Assembly (NCBI RefSeq): GCF_003334385.1 | Contig: NZ_QOWN01000065.1 | Direction: 5' to 3' (one strand) | DNA: 15,823 bases | Source of the DNA: Escherichia coli | Lineage (GTDB): Bacteria; Pseudomonadota; Gammaproteobacteria; Enterobacterales; Enterobacteriaceae | Part shown: piece by piece, positions 1 through 15,605 of the stretch | Numbering within the stretch: position 1 is the stretch's first letter | How the letters are laid out: every line of letters begins with the position of its first letter | Made by a program: the position numbers and the translations under genes | The notes under the pieces: generated by a model | What the model saw: the letters and a program-made list of their open reading frames with translations, nothing else | Databases searched by the model: none | Told to the model about the DNA's origin: nothing

Positions 1-142
1 TAGGCCGGATAAGGCGTTCACGCCGCATCCGGCAGTCGTGCGCAGATGCCTGATGCGACGCTAACGCGTCTTATCAGACCTACAAATTCTCACGCCATCC
101 GTAGGCCGGATAAGGCGTTCACGCCGCATCCGGCAGTCGTGC
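1..142. repeat. REP/BIME cluster: a 41-bp unit (taggccggataaggcgttcacgccgcatccggcagtcgtgc) at 1..41 is repeated exactly at 102..142, with an oppositely oriented REP-like palindromic unit (gcctgatgcgacgctaacgcgtcttatcagacctac) at about 49..84
   Basis: Direct exact repeat and GC-rich imperfect palindromes of the GCCGGATG...CATCCGGC type seen in the sequence; REP elements are well known in E. coli intergenic regions. Lies downstream of the mhpE 3' end. Confidence 0.75.
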
Positions 143-182
143 TGGGATGGGCATACAAAATGCACGTTCTCGGCAGTCATCA

Positions 183-1192
183 TTATTTGTTGTTGCGCAG
201 ATCCAGCGCCACGTCAACGATCATATCCTCCTGGCCGCCAACCATCCGGCGTTTGCCCAGCTCAACGAGAATATCCACCGCACTTAAGCCATAACGCGCC
301 GCCGCCGTTTCACAGTGACGCAGGAAGCTCGAGTAAACACCAGCGTATCCCAGCGCCAGCGTTTCGCGATCGACTCGTACCGGTCGATCCTGCAACGGAC
401 GCACCAGGTCGTCGGCGGCATCCATTAACGCATAGAGATCGGTCCCATGCTGCCAGCCCAGTTTATCCGCGGCGGCAATAAACACTTCCAGCGGTGCGTT
501 ACCTGCGCCCGCGCCCATTCCCGCGAGGCTGGCGTCGATTCGGTCGCAGCCCTCTTCCACCGCCGCGATAGAGTTCGCCACGCCAAGACTCAGGTTATGG
601 TGAGCGTGCATGCCAGTTTGCGTTTCTGGTTTCAGCTCTGCTTTCAGGGCGCGGAAACGGTCACGGATATCGCTCATGTTCATCGCACCGCCAGAATCCA
701 CCACATAAATACAGGTCGCACCGTAGCCTTCCATCAGCTTTGCCTGCTTGGCGAGATTCTCCGGCGTGGTCATATGGCTCATCATCAGAAAACCAACGGT
801 GTCCATTCCGAGCTCGCGGGCATACTGAATATGCTGGGCGGAAACATCAGCTTCGGTACAGTGCGTTGCCACACGAACCACCCGCGCGCCAGCCTGCCAG
901 GCATTTTTCAGATCGTGAATAGTGCCGATTCCTGGCAGCAACAACGTCGCGATTTTGGCGTGCTTCACCACATCCGCCGCCGCTTCAATCCATTCAAGGT
1001 CGCTATGTGCGCCGAAACCATAGTTAAAGCTGGAACCTTGCAAACCGTCGCCGTGGGCCACTTCAATCGAATCCACGCGGGCATCGTCCAGTGCTTTGGC
1101 AATCTGGCGAACGTTTTCCAGCGAATACTGATGACGAATGGCGTGCATACCGTCACGCAATGTGACGTCCGAGATATAAAGTTTTTTACCGT

Positions 1193-1196
<4 letters not shown>
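183..1196 (-). CDS. mhpE: 4-hydroxy-2-oxovalerate aldolase (337 aa)
   Basis: 337-aa ORF; product and length match MhpE as recalled; HMG/pyruvate-aldolase-like sequence; start overlaps the mhpF stop by 4 nt (ATGA), consistent with operon coupling. Confidence 0.93.
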
Positions 1197-2958
<1,762 letters not shown>

Positions 2959-3825
2959 TTAAGGGCGTGCGAGGAAATTCAGCACCAGTTGATTGAAAGC
3001 GTCGGCATGTTCCCACTGCGCCCAGTGACCACAGTCGCGGAAGATATGCAGTTCAGAACCGGCAATGCCGGACAGCAGACGCAGACCCGCATCCATCGGC
3101 ACAAAGCGGTCGTTGCGCCCCCAGACAATCAGGGTTTGCGCTTTGATTTCCGCCAGACGTGGGCCAAAATCCGGGAACTGTTTCGGATTAGCTTCCAGGC
3201 TCTTAACGAAGTTTTCCAGGTGATCGCGGCGCGACAGCATATTATTCAGGCGCGCTTCAAACAGGGCGTCGGTCAAATCGCTGGTATCAAAAACGAAGAT
3301 ATCCATCATCAGCTTCAGGTTTTCGATAGTCGGCTGACGATAAAGCTGATTCAGTCGCTTAATACCTTCGGTTGGCATCGGCGTAAACAAACTCATGCCG
3401 CCCGTACCGCCGCCCATCAGCACCAGTTTGCCGACGCGCTCCGGCCATTTAAGGGTGAACGCCACAGAACTATGGCCCCCCATCGAGTTGCCCAGCAGGT
3501 GGATTTTGGCGATATCCAGTTGATCCACCACGCTTTTCAGGATTCGTGCATTAAGATCCGATCGCGAACCACTATTAACGACCGAATCGCTCTTGCCCCA
3601 ACCCGGACAATCCAGCAGGATCACCCGATAGCCCGCCTCTACCAGCGGATCGATATTGCGGCTGAAGTTCGCCCAGCCAGTAGCACCCGGGCCGGAACCA
3701 TGCAGCAGGACAACGGTTTCGTCGCCTTGTCCGCAGTCATTAAAATGGATGCGCAGCGTTTTACCCGCTTCTTCTACATTCAGAAAACGGCTGGTGGCGG
3801 CTTCGGTTTGTGGCTGATAACTCAT
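2959..3825 (-). CDS. mhpC: 2-hydroxy-6-oxonona-2,4-dienedioate hydrolase (alpha/beta hydrolase, 288 aa)
   Basis: The track ORF 2959..3888 is 309 aa; the recalled MhpC is 288 aa starting [14 protein letters not shown], which puts the start at 3825, preceded by an AGGAGA RBS. GNSMGG nucleophile-elbow motif present. Confidence 0.9.
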   Translation of the reverse strand: MSYQPQTEAATSRFLNVEEAGKTLRIHFNDCGQGDETVVLLHGSGPGATGWANFSRNIDPLVEAGYRVILLDCPGWGKSDSVVNSGSRSDLNARILKSVVDQLDIAKIHLLGNSMGGHSSVAFTLKWPERVGKLVLMGGGTGGMSLFTPMPTEGIKRLNQLYRQPTIENLKLMMDIFVFDTSDLTDALFEARLNNMLSRRDHLENFVKSLEANPKQFPDFGPRLAEIKAQTLIVWGRNDRFVPMDAGLRLLSGIAGSELHIFRDCGHWAQWEHADAFNQLVLNFLARP

Positions 3826-3842
3826 CATCTTCTCCTGCATAT

Positions 3843-4787
3843 TCAGTTCTCTGTTCTGGCGCTTAACGAGCCAAATCCGGCAATCCACTCCGGGATTGGG
3901 CGGTAATAACGCCCTTCGCTACGCCAGTTGCCAAACGCAGAAATAGCGGCAAAAGCGGCGACCCAGGTTTTGATTTAATGTGTCGACTTTCCGGCAATGG
4001 CGGAAAGCTCTTCGTTACTGACGGCATCCAGTTCCTGTATGCGTCCCTGCTCCAGCAAAGTCATGAACTGGTTATCCCAAATCGGGTTGAGCGGATGCAG
4101 CGTTCTCTGATCCTCAACAAACTTCTCAGCGGCGCTAATCACCCGTTGCTGACGCAATTCGCGCTCACTGGCGGGTAAATCTTTCCCGCTCCCCAACAGA
4201 CGGTCGCGCATATGGGCATCGGCTTTCGCCAGTTCGGGCACCGGCGGCTGATGGGAAAGCCCACCGGAACCCAGGAACAGCACGCGTTTATTGAGAGTGC
4301 TGGTGAAACGTCCAATGGCTTCACCCAACATGCGGGTACGCTGGAAACCGGGCAGCGGCGTGGCGACACCGTTGATGAACACAGGCAGAACTGGCACCTT
4401 ATCCAGCCCACCGAGCAGGAACTCCAGCGGCTGGGCGAACCCGTGGTCCACCTGCATACAGTAAGAAACGGCAAGATCGATCCCGCTCTTCATGACGGCA
4501 TGCGCACAGGCCTCCGCCAGCTCCACAGGCACGGGCAGCTCTCCTGCCGCACTGCCGAAATCACCAATTGCCGTCGCTCCAACGCCTAAACAGAACGGTG
4601 GCATCACGTCATAGAAAAAGCCGTTGTAGTGATCTGGCGCAAACAGCACCACCAGTTCAGGGGAGAATGCCGCAATACGCTCGCGGGCGCTGGCAATCAC
4701 GCCATTGACCTCATCGAGCACCTCTTGCGCCGGGTCGACATACCCCACCAGCGGCGAGTGGGAAAGACAGTGAAGATAAGCGTGCAT
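3843..4787 (-). CDS. mhpB: 3-carboxyethylcatechol 2,3-dioxygenase (extradiol dioxygenase), reading frame interrupted by an in-frame TAA at 3975..3977. The uninterrupted ORF is 3975..4787 (270 aa); the same frame continues for 43 more codons ([43 protein letters not shown]) to the expected stop at 3843..3845
   Basis: The 270-aa ORF matches the MhpB N-terminal 270 residues as recalled (full length 314 aa). Directly after the TAA the frame encodes the recalled MhpB C-terminus. Consistent with a single-nucleotide nonsense change (plus-strand position 3977 A; expected C, giving GAA Glu). Confidence 0.85.
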
Positions 4788-4788
4788 A

Positions 4789-6453
4789 TCAGGCTACCTT
4801 TTCGACAGAAACGTCGGCATCAGGGCGGGTCAGCGTCATCACCGACGCCAGTTTATTCAGGGTCTTGCCCAGGGTTTGCGGAATGGCGGTGGCGGCAACA
4901 AAGCGATCCGGGCGCATCACCACCAGCGAAGCATTGTGTTGCGCGAACCAGCTACGCAGGCGACCTTGCGTATCGCCCACGCGTAGTACGCCGTCGTGGT
5001 TATCCTGTGCGGTATGAATTTGCACTTCCGGCACCACCTGAATGAAGCGTGTGCCCAACGCGCGCCACTGCTGGATTTGCTCGTCGCTCATCCCCCACAG
5101 TGGATTGCATCCCCAGCCAATTACCGCGAAGTTCGCGCCGATCGCGTTATCGAGCAGCGTCACGTCGCCGTTTTCCAGCGTGACTTTCGGCTGAATAAAC
5201 ATCTTGCCGACCGGAGAGTGCTTCGCTTCGCCCTCACGCATCAGCGCACCGCCGTAATATTGCGGCATCGGCTTGAAGCGCATTTCGAGGAAGTAGCGTT
5301 TTACTGGCGGCAGATAATTCAACAGCCAGGAAACGCCGTCACGTAACGTACCCTGCCAGCGTTTCGGCGGAGCCAGCACGTTGCCCGCCGTCACGGACAG
5401 GTCAATCATCGCTTTGGCGTGATCGCGACGTTCTTGTTGATAGGTATCGAGCAGCGCATCGCGGGCTTTCCCCTGGATAACCAACGCCAGTTTCCATGCG
5501 AGGTTAAAGGCGTCGCGCATACCACTGTTATAGCCCTGCCCCTGCCATACCGGCATGATGTGCGCGGCATCGCCCGCCAGCAGTACGCGATCAATACGGA
5601 AACGTTGCGCCAGTCGCGCGTTGTGGGTGTAGACACGCTGGCGAATCAATTCAACATTGTCCGGATTAGGCAGCACTTTGCTTAACAGCTTGCGCATATT
5701 TTGCGGCTCACGCAACTGCTCTTCGGTTTCTCCCGGCATCACCATAAATTCAAAGCGACGTACCGCATGAGGCAGCGCGGCAGAAACATACGGGCGCACC
5801 GGATCGCAACACAAATAGATATGCGGCGTACTTAACGGATCGTTGGCGATATCTACCACAATCCACTGATTTGGCGCAGTTTTACCTTCAAACGGCACAT
5901 TCAGAGTGCGACGGACAAAACTTGCTCCACCGTCACAGGCTACCAGCCACTGGGCTTTGACTATTTCCCGCTGCCCTTCTGCCGTTTTCAGGTGCAAGGT
6001 CACTTCGTCATCTTGCTGACTGAAGGCCTCCAGCTCGCGGGAAAACAAGCAGCGCACATTCGGAAAACGCGACACCCCTTCCAGCATCACCGCATCGACC
6101 TGCGGCTGAATAAAGGCGTTACGGCGCGGCCAGCCAAATTCATCGGTCATTGGCTGAATATCAGCAAAACAGCGGCCTTTCGGGGTGAGAAAACGCATCG
6201 CGTGCCACGGCGTAGTGTGCGGCAGAACATCATCGACCAGGCCGACCGACTGCATGGTGCGCAGCGCCTCGTCATCAATACCAATCGCACGCGGGTAGTC
6301 GATCAACTTATCGAGTTTCTCCACCACCAGCACGTCAATGCCCATCTGGCCGAGATAGTTCGCCATCATCAGCCCAACCGGGCCGGCACCAGCGATCGCC
6401 ACCTGAACGCTATGGTTAACAGCAGGCTGGATGTCAGGGTGTTGTATTGCCAT
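4789..6453 (-). CDS. mhpA: 3-(3-hydroxyphenyl)propionate hydroxylase, FAD-dependent monooxygenase (554 aa)
   Basis: 554-aa ORF with N-terminal FAD-binding GxGxxG motif ([16 protein letters not shown]); length matches MhpA; stop lies 1 nt from the mhpB start. Confidence 0.93.
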
Positions 6454-6594
6454 TTCAGTACCTCACGACTCGGACAAAATGTCGTTGCGCGCACAGTACA
6501 GCGCAACTTATTTTGTTAAAAACATGTAAATGATTTTTTATTGTGCGCTCAGTATAGGAAGGGTGTTTTCGGCTACAATCAAAACATGCCCGAA

Positions 6595-6611
6595 TGTGCA
6601 CCAGGTGCACC
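6595..6611. promoter_or_regulatory. 17-bp imperfect palindrome tgtgcaccaggtgcacc (reverse complement ggtgcacctggtgcaca) in the divergent mhpR–mhpA intergenic region; candidate MhpR operator of the mhp catabolic promoter
   Basis: Palindrome seen in the sequence; assignment to MhpR is from recollection of the published Pa operator and is not verified here. Confidence 0.5.
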
Positions 6612-6643
6612 ACGTTGTTTTAACTATAGAAATGTCAATTAAT

Positions 6644-7477
6644 ATGCAGAACAATGAGCAGACGGAATACAAAACCGTGCGCGGCTTAACCCGCGGTCTA
6701 ATGTTATTAAATATGTTAAATAAACTTGATGGCGGTGCCAGCGTCGGGCTGCTGGCGGAACTCAGCGGCCTGCATCGCACCACTGTGCGGCGACTGCTGG
6801 AGACGCTGCAGGAAGAGGGATATGTCCGCCGTAGCCCCTCCGATGATAGTTTTCGACTGACCATCAAAGTGCGGCAATTAAGCGAAGGATTTCGTGACGA
6901 ACAGTGGATTTCTGCACTGGCGGCCCCACTGCTGGGCGATCTGTTGCGCGAAGTGGTATGGCCGACAGATGTGTCCACGCTGGATGTTGATGCAATGGTG
7001 GTACGCGAAACCACTCACCGTTTCAGCCGCTTATCCTTTCACCGGGCAATGGTCGGGCGACGTTTGCCGCTTCTGAAAACCGCCTCGGGCCTGACCTGGC
7101 TGGCCTTTTGCCCGTAACAAGACCGCAAGGAATTAATCGAAATGTTAGCCTCCCGCCCCGGTGATGACTATCAACTGGCACGGGAACCGTTAAAGCTGGA
7201 AGCCATTCTGGCGCGCGCGCGCAAAGAGGGTTACGGACAGAACTACCGCGGCTGGGATCAGGAGGAGAAGATCGCCTCTATCGCCGTACCGCTGCGCAGT
7301 GAACAACGGGTGATTGGCTGTCTGAATCTGGTGTATATGGCGAGCGCAATGACCATTGAACAGGCAGCGGAAAAGCATCTTCCGGCGCTACAACGGGTAG
7401 CAAAACAGATCGAAGAAGGGGTTGAATCGCAGGCTATTCTGGTGGCCGGAAGGCGAAGCGGCATGCATTTACGTTGA
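6644..7477 (+). CDS. mhpR: IclR-family transcriptional activator of the mhp operon (expected 277 aa), interrupted by an in-frame TAA at 7115..7117. Present as an N-terminal ORF 6644..7117 (157 aa from MQNNEQ; wHTH domain) and a same-frame C-terminal ORF 7142..7477 (111 aa)
   Basis: Track ORFs 6530..7117 and 7142..7477 are in the same frame, separated only by TAA plus 8 sense codons (QDRKELIE). Read-through from ATG 6644 gives exactly 277 codons, the recalled MhpR length. IclR-type HTH (LSGLHRTTVRRLLETL) present in the N-terminal part. Confidence 0.85.
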
Positions 7478-7489
7478 CACCATCGAATG

Positions 7490-7518
7490 GCGCAAAACCT
7501 TTCGCGGTATGGCATGAT
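7490..7518 (+). promoter_or_regulatory. lacI constitutive promoter: -35 GCGCAA (7490..7495) and -10 CATGAT (7513..7518); wild-type, not lacIq
   Basis: Sequence gacaccatcgaatggcgcaaaacctttcgcggtatggcatgatagcgcccgg matches the canonical wild-type lacI promoter as recalled; the lacIq C-to-T at the -35 is absent. Confidence 0.85.
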
Positions 7519-7553
7519 AGCGCCCGGAAGAGAGTCAATTCAGGGTGGTGAAT

Positions 7554-8636
7554 GTGAAACCAGTAACGTTATACGATGTCGCAGAGTATGCCGGTGTCTC
7601 TTATCAGACCGTTTCCCGCGTGGTGAACCAGGCCAGCCACGTTTCTGCGAAAACGCGGGAAAAAGTGGAAGCGGCGATGGCGGAGCTGAATTACATTCCC
7701 AACCGCGTGGCACAACAACTGGCGGGCAAACAGTCGTTGCTGATTGGCGTTGCCACCTCCAGTCTGGCCCTGCACGCGCCGGCGCAAATTGTCGCGGCGA
7801 TTAAATCTCGCGCCGATCAACTGGGTGCCAGCGTGGTGGTGTCGATGGTAGAACGAAGCGGCGTCGAAGCCTGTAAAGCGGCGGTGCACAATCTTCTCGC
7901 GCAACGCGTCAGTGGGCTGATCATTAACTATCCGCTGGATGACCAGGATGCCATTGCTGTGGAAGCTGCCTGCACTAATGTTCCGGCGTTATTTCTTGAT
8001 GTCTCTGACCAGACACCCATCAACAGTATTATTTTCTCCCATGAAGACGGTACGCGACTGGGCGTGGAGCATCTGGTCGCATTGGGTCACCAGCAAATCG
8101 CGCTGTTAGCGGGCCCATTAAGTTCTGTCTCGGCGCGTCTGCGTCTGGCTGGCTGGCATAAATATCTCACTCGCAATCAAATTCAGCCGATAGCGGAACG
8201 GGAAGGCGACTGGAGTGCCATGTCCGGTTTTCAACAAACCATGCAAATGCTGAATGAGGGCATCGTTCCCACTGCGATGCTGGTTGCCAACGATCAGATG
8301 GCGCTGGGCGCAATGCGCGCCATTACCGAGTCCGGGCTGCGCGTTGGTGCGGATATCTCGGTAGTGGGATACGACGATACCGAAGACAGCTCATGTTATA
8401 TCCCGCCGTTAACCACCATCAAACAGGATTTTCGCCTGCTGGGGCAAACCAGCGTGGACCGCTTGCTGCAACTCTCTCAGGGCCAGGCGGTGAAGGGCAA
8501 TCAGCTGTTGCCCGTCTCACTGGTGAAAAGAAAAACCACCCTGGCGCCCAATACGCAAACCGCCTCTCCCCGCGCGTTGGCCGATTCATTAATGCAGCTG
8601 GCACGACAGGTTTCCCGACTGGAAAGCGGGCAGTGA
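7554..8636 (+). CDS. lacI: lactose operon repressor LacI (360 aa), GTG start
   Basis: Begins GTG AAA CCA GTA (MKPVTLYDVAEYAGVSYQTVSRVVNQ); the track ORF starts two codons further upstream on an alternative start. Protein matches LacI throughout as recalled, except codon 77 (GCG Ala here, TCG Ser recalled). Ends ...RLESGQ followed by TGA. Confidence 0.96.
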   Translation: MKPVTLYDVAEYAGVSYQTVSRVVNQASHVSAKTREKVEAAMAELNYIPNRVAQQLAGKQSLLIGVATSSLALHAPAQIVAAIKSRADQLGASVVVSMVERSGVEACKAAVHNLLAQRVSGLIINYPLDDQDAIAVEAACTNVPALFLDVSDQTPINSIIFSHEDGTRLGVEHLVALGHQQIALLAGPLSSVSARLRLAGWHKYLTRNQIQPIAEREGDWSAMSGFQQTMQMLNEGIVPTAMLVANDQMALGAMRAITESGLRVGADISVVGYDDTEDSSCYIPPLTTIKQDFRLLGQTSVDRLLQLSQGQAVKGNQLLPVSLVKRKTTLAPNTQTASPRALADSLMQLARQVSRLESGQ

Positions 8637-8649
8637 GCGCAACGCAATT
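8629..8649 (+). promoter_or_regulatory. lac auxiliary operator O3 (ggcagtgagcgcaacgcaatt), overlapping the lacI 3' end
   Basis: Exact match to the canonical O3 sequence as recalled. Confidence 0.9.
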
Positions 8650-8671
8650 AATGTGAGTTAGCTCACTCATT
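8650..8671 (+). promoter_or_regulatory. CRP (CAP) binding site of the lac promoter (aatgtgagttagctcactcatt)
   Basis: Canonical TGTGA-N6-TCACT lac CAP site, exact as recalled. Confidence 0.92.
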
Positions 8672-8684
8672 AGGCACCCCAGGC

Positions 8685-8714
8685 TTTACACTTTATGCTT
8701 CCGGCTCGTATGTT
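8685..8714 (+). promoter_or_regulatory. lac promoter P1: -35 TTTACA (8685..8690) and -10 TATGTT (8709..8714); wild-type, not lacUV5
   Basis: Hexamers and spacing match wild-type lacP; the -10 is TATGTT rather than the UV5 TATAAT. Confidence 0.92.
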
Positions 8715-8720
8715 GTGTAA

Positions 8721-11833
<3,113 letters not shown>

Positions 11834-11839
11834 TAATAA

Positions 11840-13138
<1,299 letters not shown>

Positions 13139-13147
13139 GCAATCAAT

Positions 13148-13177
13148 GTCGGATGCGGCGCGAGCGCCTTATCCGAC
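13148..13177 (+). repeat. REP-like palindrome gtcggatgcggcgcgagcgccttatccgac in the lacY–lacA intergenic region
   Basis: Near-perfect inverted repeat seen in the sequence, just upstream of the lacA RBS (ggag, 13192..13195). Confidence 0.6.
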
Positions 13178-13203
13178 CAACATATCATAACGGAGTGATC
13201 GCA

Positions 13204-13815
13204 TTGAACATGCCAATGACCGAAAGAATAAGAGCAGGCAAGCTATTTACCGATATGTGCGAAGGCTTACCGGAAAAAAGACTTCGTGGGAAAACGTTAA
13301 TGTATGAGTTTAATCACTCGCATCCATCAGAAGTTGAAAAAAGAGAAAGCCTGATTAAAGAAATGTTTGCCACGGTAGGGGAAAACGCCTGGGTAGAACC
13401 GCCTGTCTATTTCTCTTACGGTTCCAACATCCATATAGGCCGCAATTTTTATGCAAATTTCAATTTAACCATTGTCGATGACTACACGGTAACAATCGGT
13501 GATAACGTACTGATTGCACCCAACGTTACTCTTTCCGTTACGGGACACCCTGTACACCATGAATTGAGAAAAAACGGCGAGATGTACTCTTTTCCGATAA
13601 CGATTGGCAATAACGTCTGGATCGGAAGTCATGTGGTTATTAATCCAGGCGTCACCATCGGGGATAATTCTGTTATTGGCGCGGGTAGTATCGTCACAAA
13701 AGACATTCCACCAAACGTCGTGGCGGCTGGCGTTCCTTGTCGGGTTATTCGCGAAATAAACGACCGGGATAAGCACTATTATTTCAAAGATTATAAAGTT
13801 GAATCGTCAGTTTAA
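13204..13815 (+). CDS. lacA: galactoside O-acetyltransferase LacA (203 aa), TTG start
   Basis: The track ORF 13153..13815 (220 aa) contains ...LNMPMTERIRAGK; the recalled LacA is 203 aa starting MNMPMTERIR on a TTG codon (13204). Hexapeptide-repeat acyltransferase motifs present. Confidence 0.92.
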   Translation: MNMPMTERIRAGKLFTDMCEGLPEKRLRGKTLMYEFNHSHPSEVEKRESLIKEMFATVGENAWVEPPVYFSYGSNIHIGRNFYANFNLTIVDDYTVTIGDNVLIAPNVTLSVTGHPVHHELRKNGEMYSFPITIGNNVWIGSHVVINPGVTIGDNSVIGAGSIVTKDIPPNVVAAGVPCRVIREINDRDKHYYFKDYKVESSV

Positions 13816-13827
13816 ATTATAAAAATT

Positions 13828-13856
13828 GCCTGATACGCTGCGCTTATCAGGCCTAC
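13828..13856 (+). terminator. REP-type palindrome gcctgatacgctgcgcttatcaggcctac downstream of lacA, a likely 3' hairpin and transcript stabiliser for the lac operon, facing the convergent cynX
   Basis: Inverted repeat (gcctgata / tatcaggc) 12 nt after the lacA stop; no U-tract, so this is a REP hairpin rather than a classical intrinsic terminator. Confidence 0.5.
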
Positions 13857-13917
13857 AAGTTCAGCGATCTACATTAGCCGCATCCGGCATGAACAAAGCG
13901 CAGGAACAAGCGTCGCA

Positions 13918-15072
13918 TCATGCCTCTTTGACCCACAGCTGCGGAAAACGTACTGGTGCAAAACGCAGGGTTATGATCATCAGCCCAACGACGCACAGCG
14001 CATGAAATGCCCAGTCCATCAGGTAATTGCCGCTGATACTACGCAGCACGCCAGAAAACCACGGGGCAAGCCCGGCGATGATAAAACCGATTCCCTGCAT
14101 AAACGCCACCAGCTTGCCAGCAATAGCCGGTTGCACAGAGTGATCGAGCGCCAGCAGCAAACAGAGCGGAAACGCGCCGCCCAGACCTAACCCACACACC
14201 ATCGCCCACAATACCGGCAATTGCATCGGCAGCCAGATAAAGCCGCAGAACCCCACCAGTTGTAACACCAGCGCCAGCATTAACAGTTTGCGCCGATCCT
14301 GATGGCGAGCCATAGCAGGCATCAGCAAAGCTCCTGCGGCTTGCCCAAGCGTCATCAATGCCAGTAAGGAACCGCTGTACTGCGCGCTGGCACCAATCTC
14401 AATATAGAAAGCGGGTAACCAGGCAATCAGGCTGGCGTAACCGCCGTTAATCAGACCGAAGTAAACACCCAGCGTCCACGCGCGGGGAGTGAATACCACG
14501 CGAACCGGAGTGGTTGTTGTCTTGTGGGAAGAGGCGACCTCGCGGGCGCTTTGCCACCACCAGGCAAAGAGCGCAACAACGGCAGGCAGCGCCCACCAGG
14601 CGAGTGTTTGATACCAGGTTTCGCTATGTTGAACTAACCAGGGCGTTATGGCGGCACCAAGCCCACCGCCGCCCATCAGAGCCGCGGACCACAGCCCCAT
14701 CACCAGTGGCGTGCGCTGCTGAAACCGCCGTTTAATCACCGAAGGCATCACCGCCTGAATGATGCCGATCCCCACCCCACCAAGCAGTGCGCTGCTAAGC
14801 AGCAGCGCACTTTGCGGGTAAAGCTCACGCATCAATGCACCGACGGCAATCAGCAACAGACTGATGGCGACACTGCGACGTTCGCTGACATGCTGATGAA
14901 GCCAGCTTCCGGCCAGCGCCAGCCCGCCCATGGTAACCACCGGCAGAGCGGTCAACAGGGCAGCCACGCTAAAGCTCATTCCGCTCGCCTGGCGCAATTG
15001 CGGTAGCAGTGGCCCGACGGAGGTGAGCAGTGGTCGCATATTAAGACCAATCAGCACCAGTACCAGCAGCAT
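13918..15072 (-). CDS. cynX: cyanate transporter CynX (MFS family, 384 aa)
   Basis: The track ORF 13918..15099 is 393 aa; the recalled CynX is 384 aa starting MLLVLVLIGLNMRPLL, so the start is placed at Met10 (15072). Highly hydrophobic, multi-TM. Confidence 0.88.
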   Translation of the reverse strand: MLLVLVLIGLNMRPLLTSVGPLLPQLRQASGMSFSVAALLTALPVVTMGGLALAGSWLHQHVSERRSVAISLLLIAVGALMRELYPQSALLLSSALLGGVGIGIIQAVMPSVIKRRFQQRTPLVMGLWSAALMGGGGLGAAITPWLVQHSETWYQTLAWWALPAVVALFAWWWQSAREVASSHKTTTTPVRVVFTPRAWTLGVYFGLINGGYASLIAWLPAFYIEIGASAQYSGSLLALMTLGQAAGALLMPAMARHQDRRKLLMLALVLQLVGFCGFIWLPMQLPVLWAMVCGLGLGGAFPLCLLLALDHSVQPAIAGKLVAFMQGIGFIIAGLAPWFSGVLRSISGNYLMDWAFHALCVVGLMIITLRFAPVRFPQLWVKEA

Positions 15073-15104
15073 CGTGAACGTCTTTTGATGGTTGCGCATG
15101 GCTG

Positions 15105-15593
<489 letters not shown>

Positions 15594-15605
15594 TTAAAAA
15601 TAAGG

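Noticed and set aside
46-294. 82-aa plus-strand ORF
   Set aside because: Overlaps the REP/BIME repeats and the antisense of the mhpE 3' end; it is created by the repeat sequence and is not a gene.
6538-7014. 158-aa minus-strand ORF, Ser/Arg-rich
   Set aside because: Antisense to mhpR; low-complexity composition and no start context.
7490-7495. lacIq promoter-up allele
   Set aside because: The -35 region reads ggCgcaa (wild type), not ggTgcaa.
8709-8714. lacUV5 promoter
   Set aside because: The -10 hexamer is TATGTT (wild type), not TATAAT, and the CAP site is unaltered.
13153-13203. ATG-initiated N-terminal extension of lacA (220-aa version)
   Set aside because: The extension starts inside the lacY–lacA REP-like hairpin and has no RBS; the canonical 203-aa LacA starts at TTG 13204, which has a GGAG 8 nt upstream.
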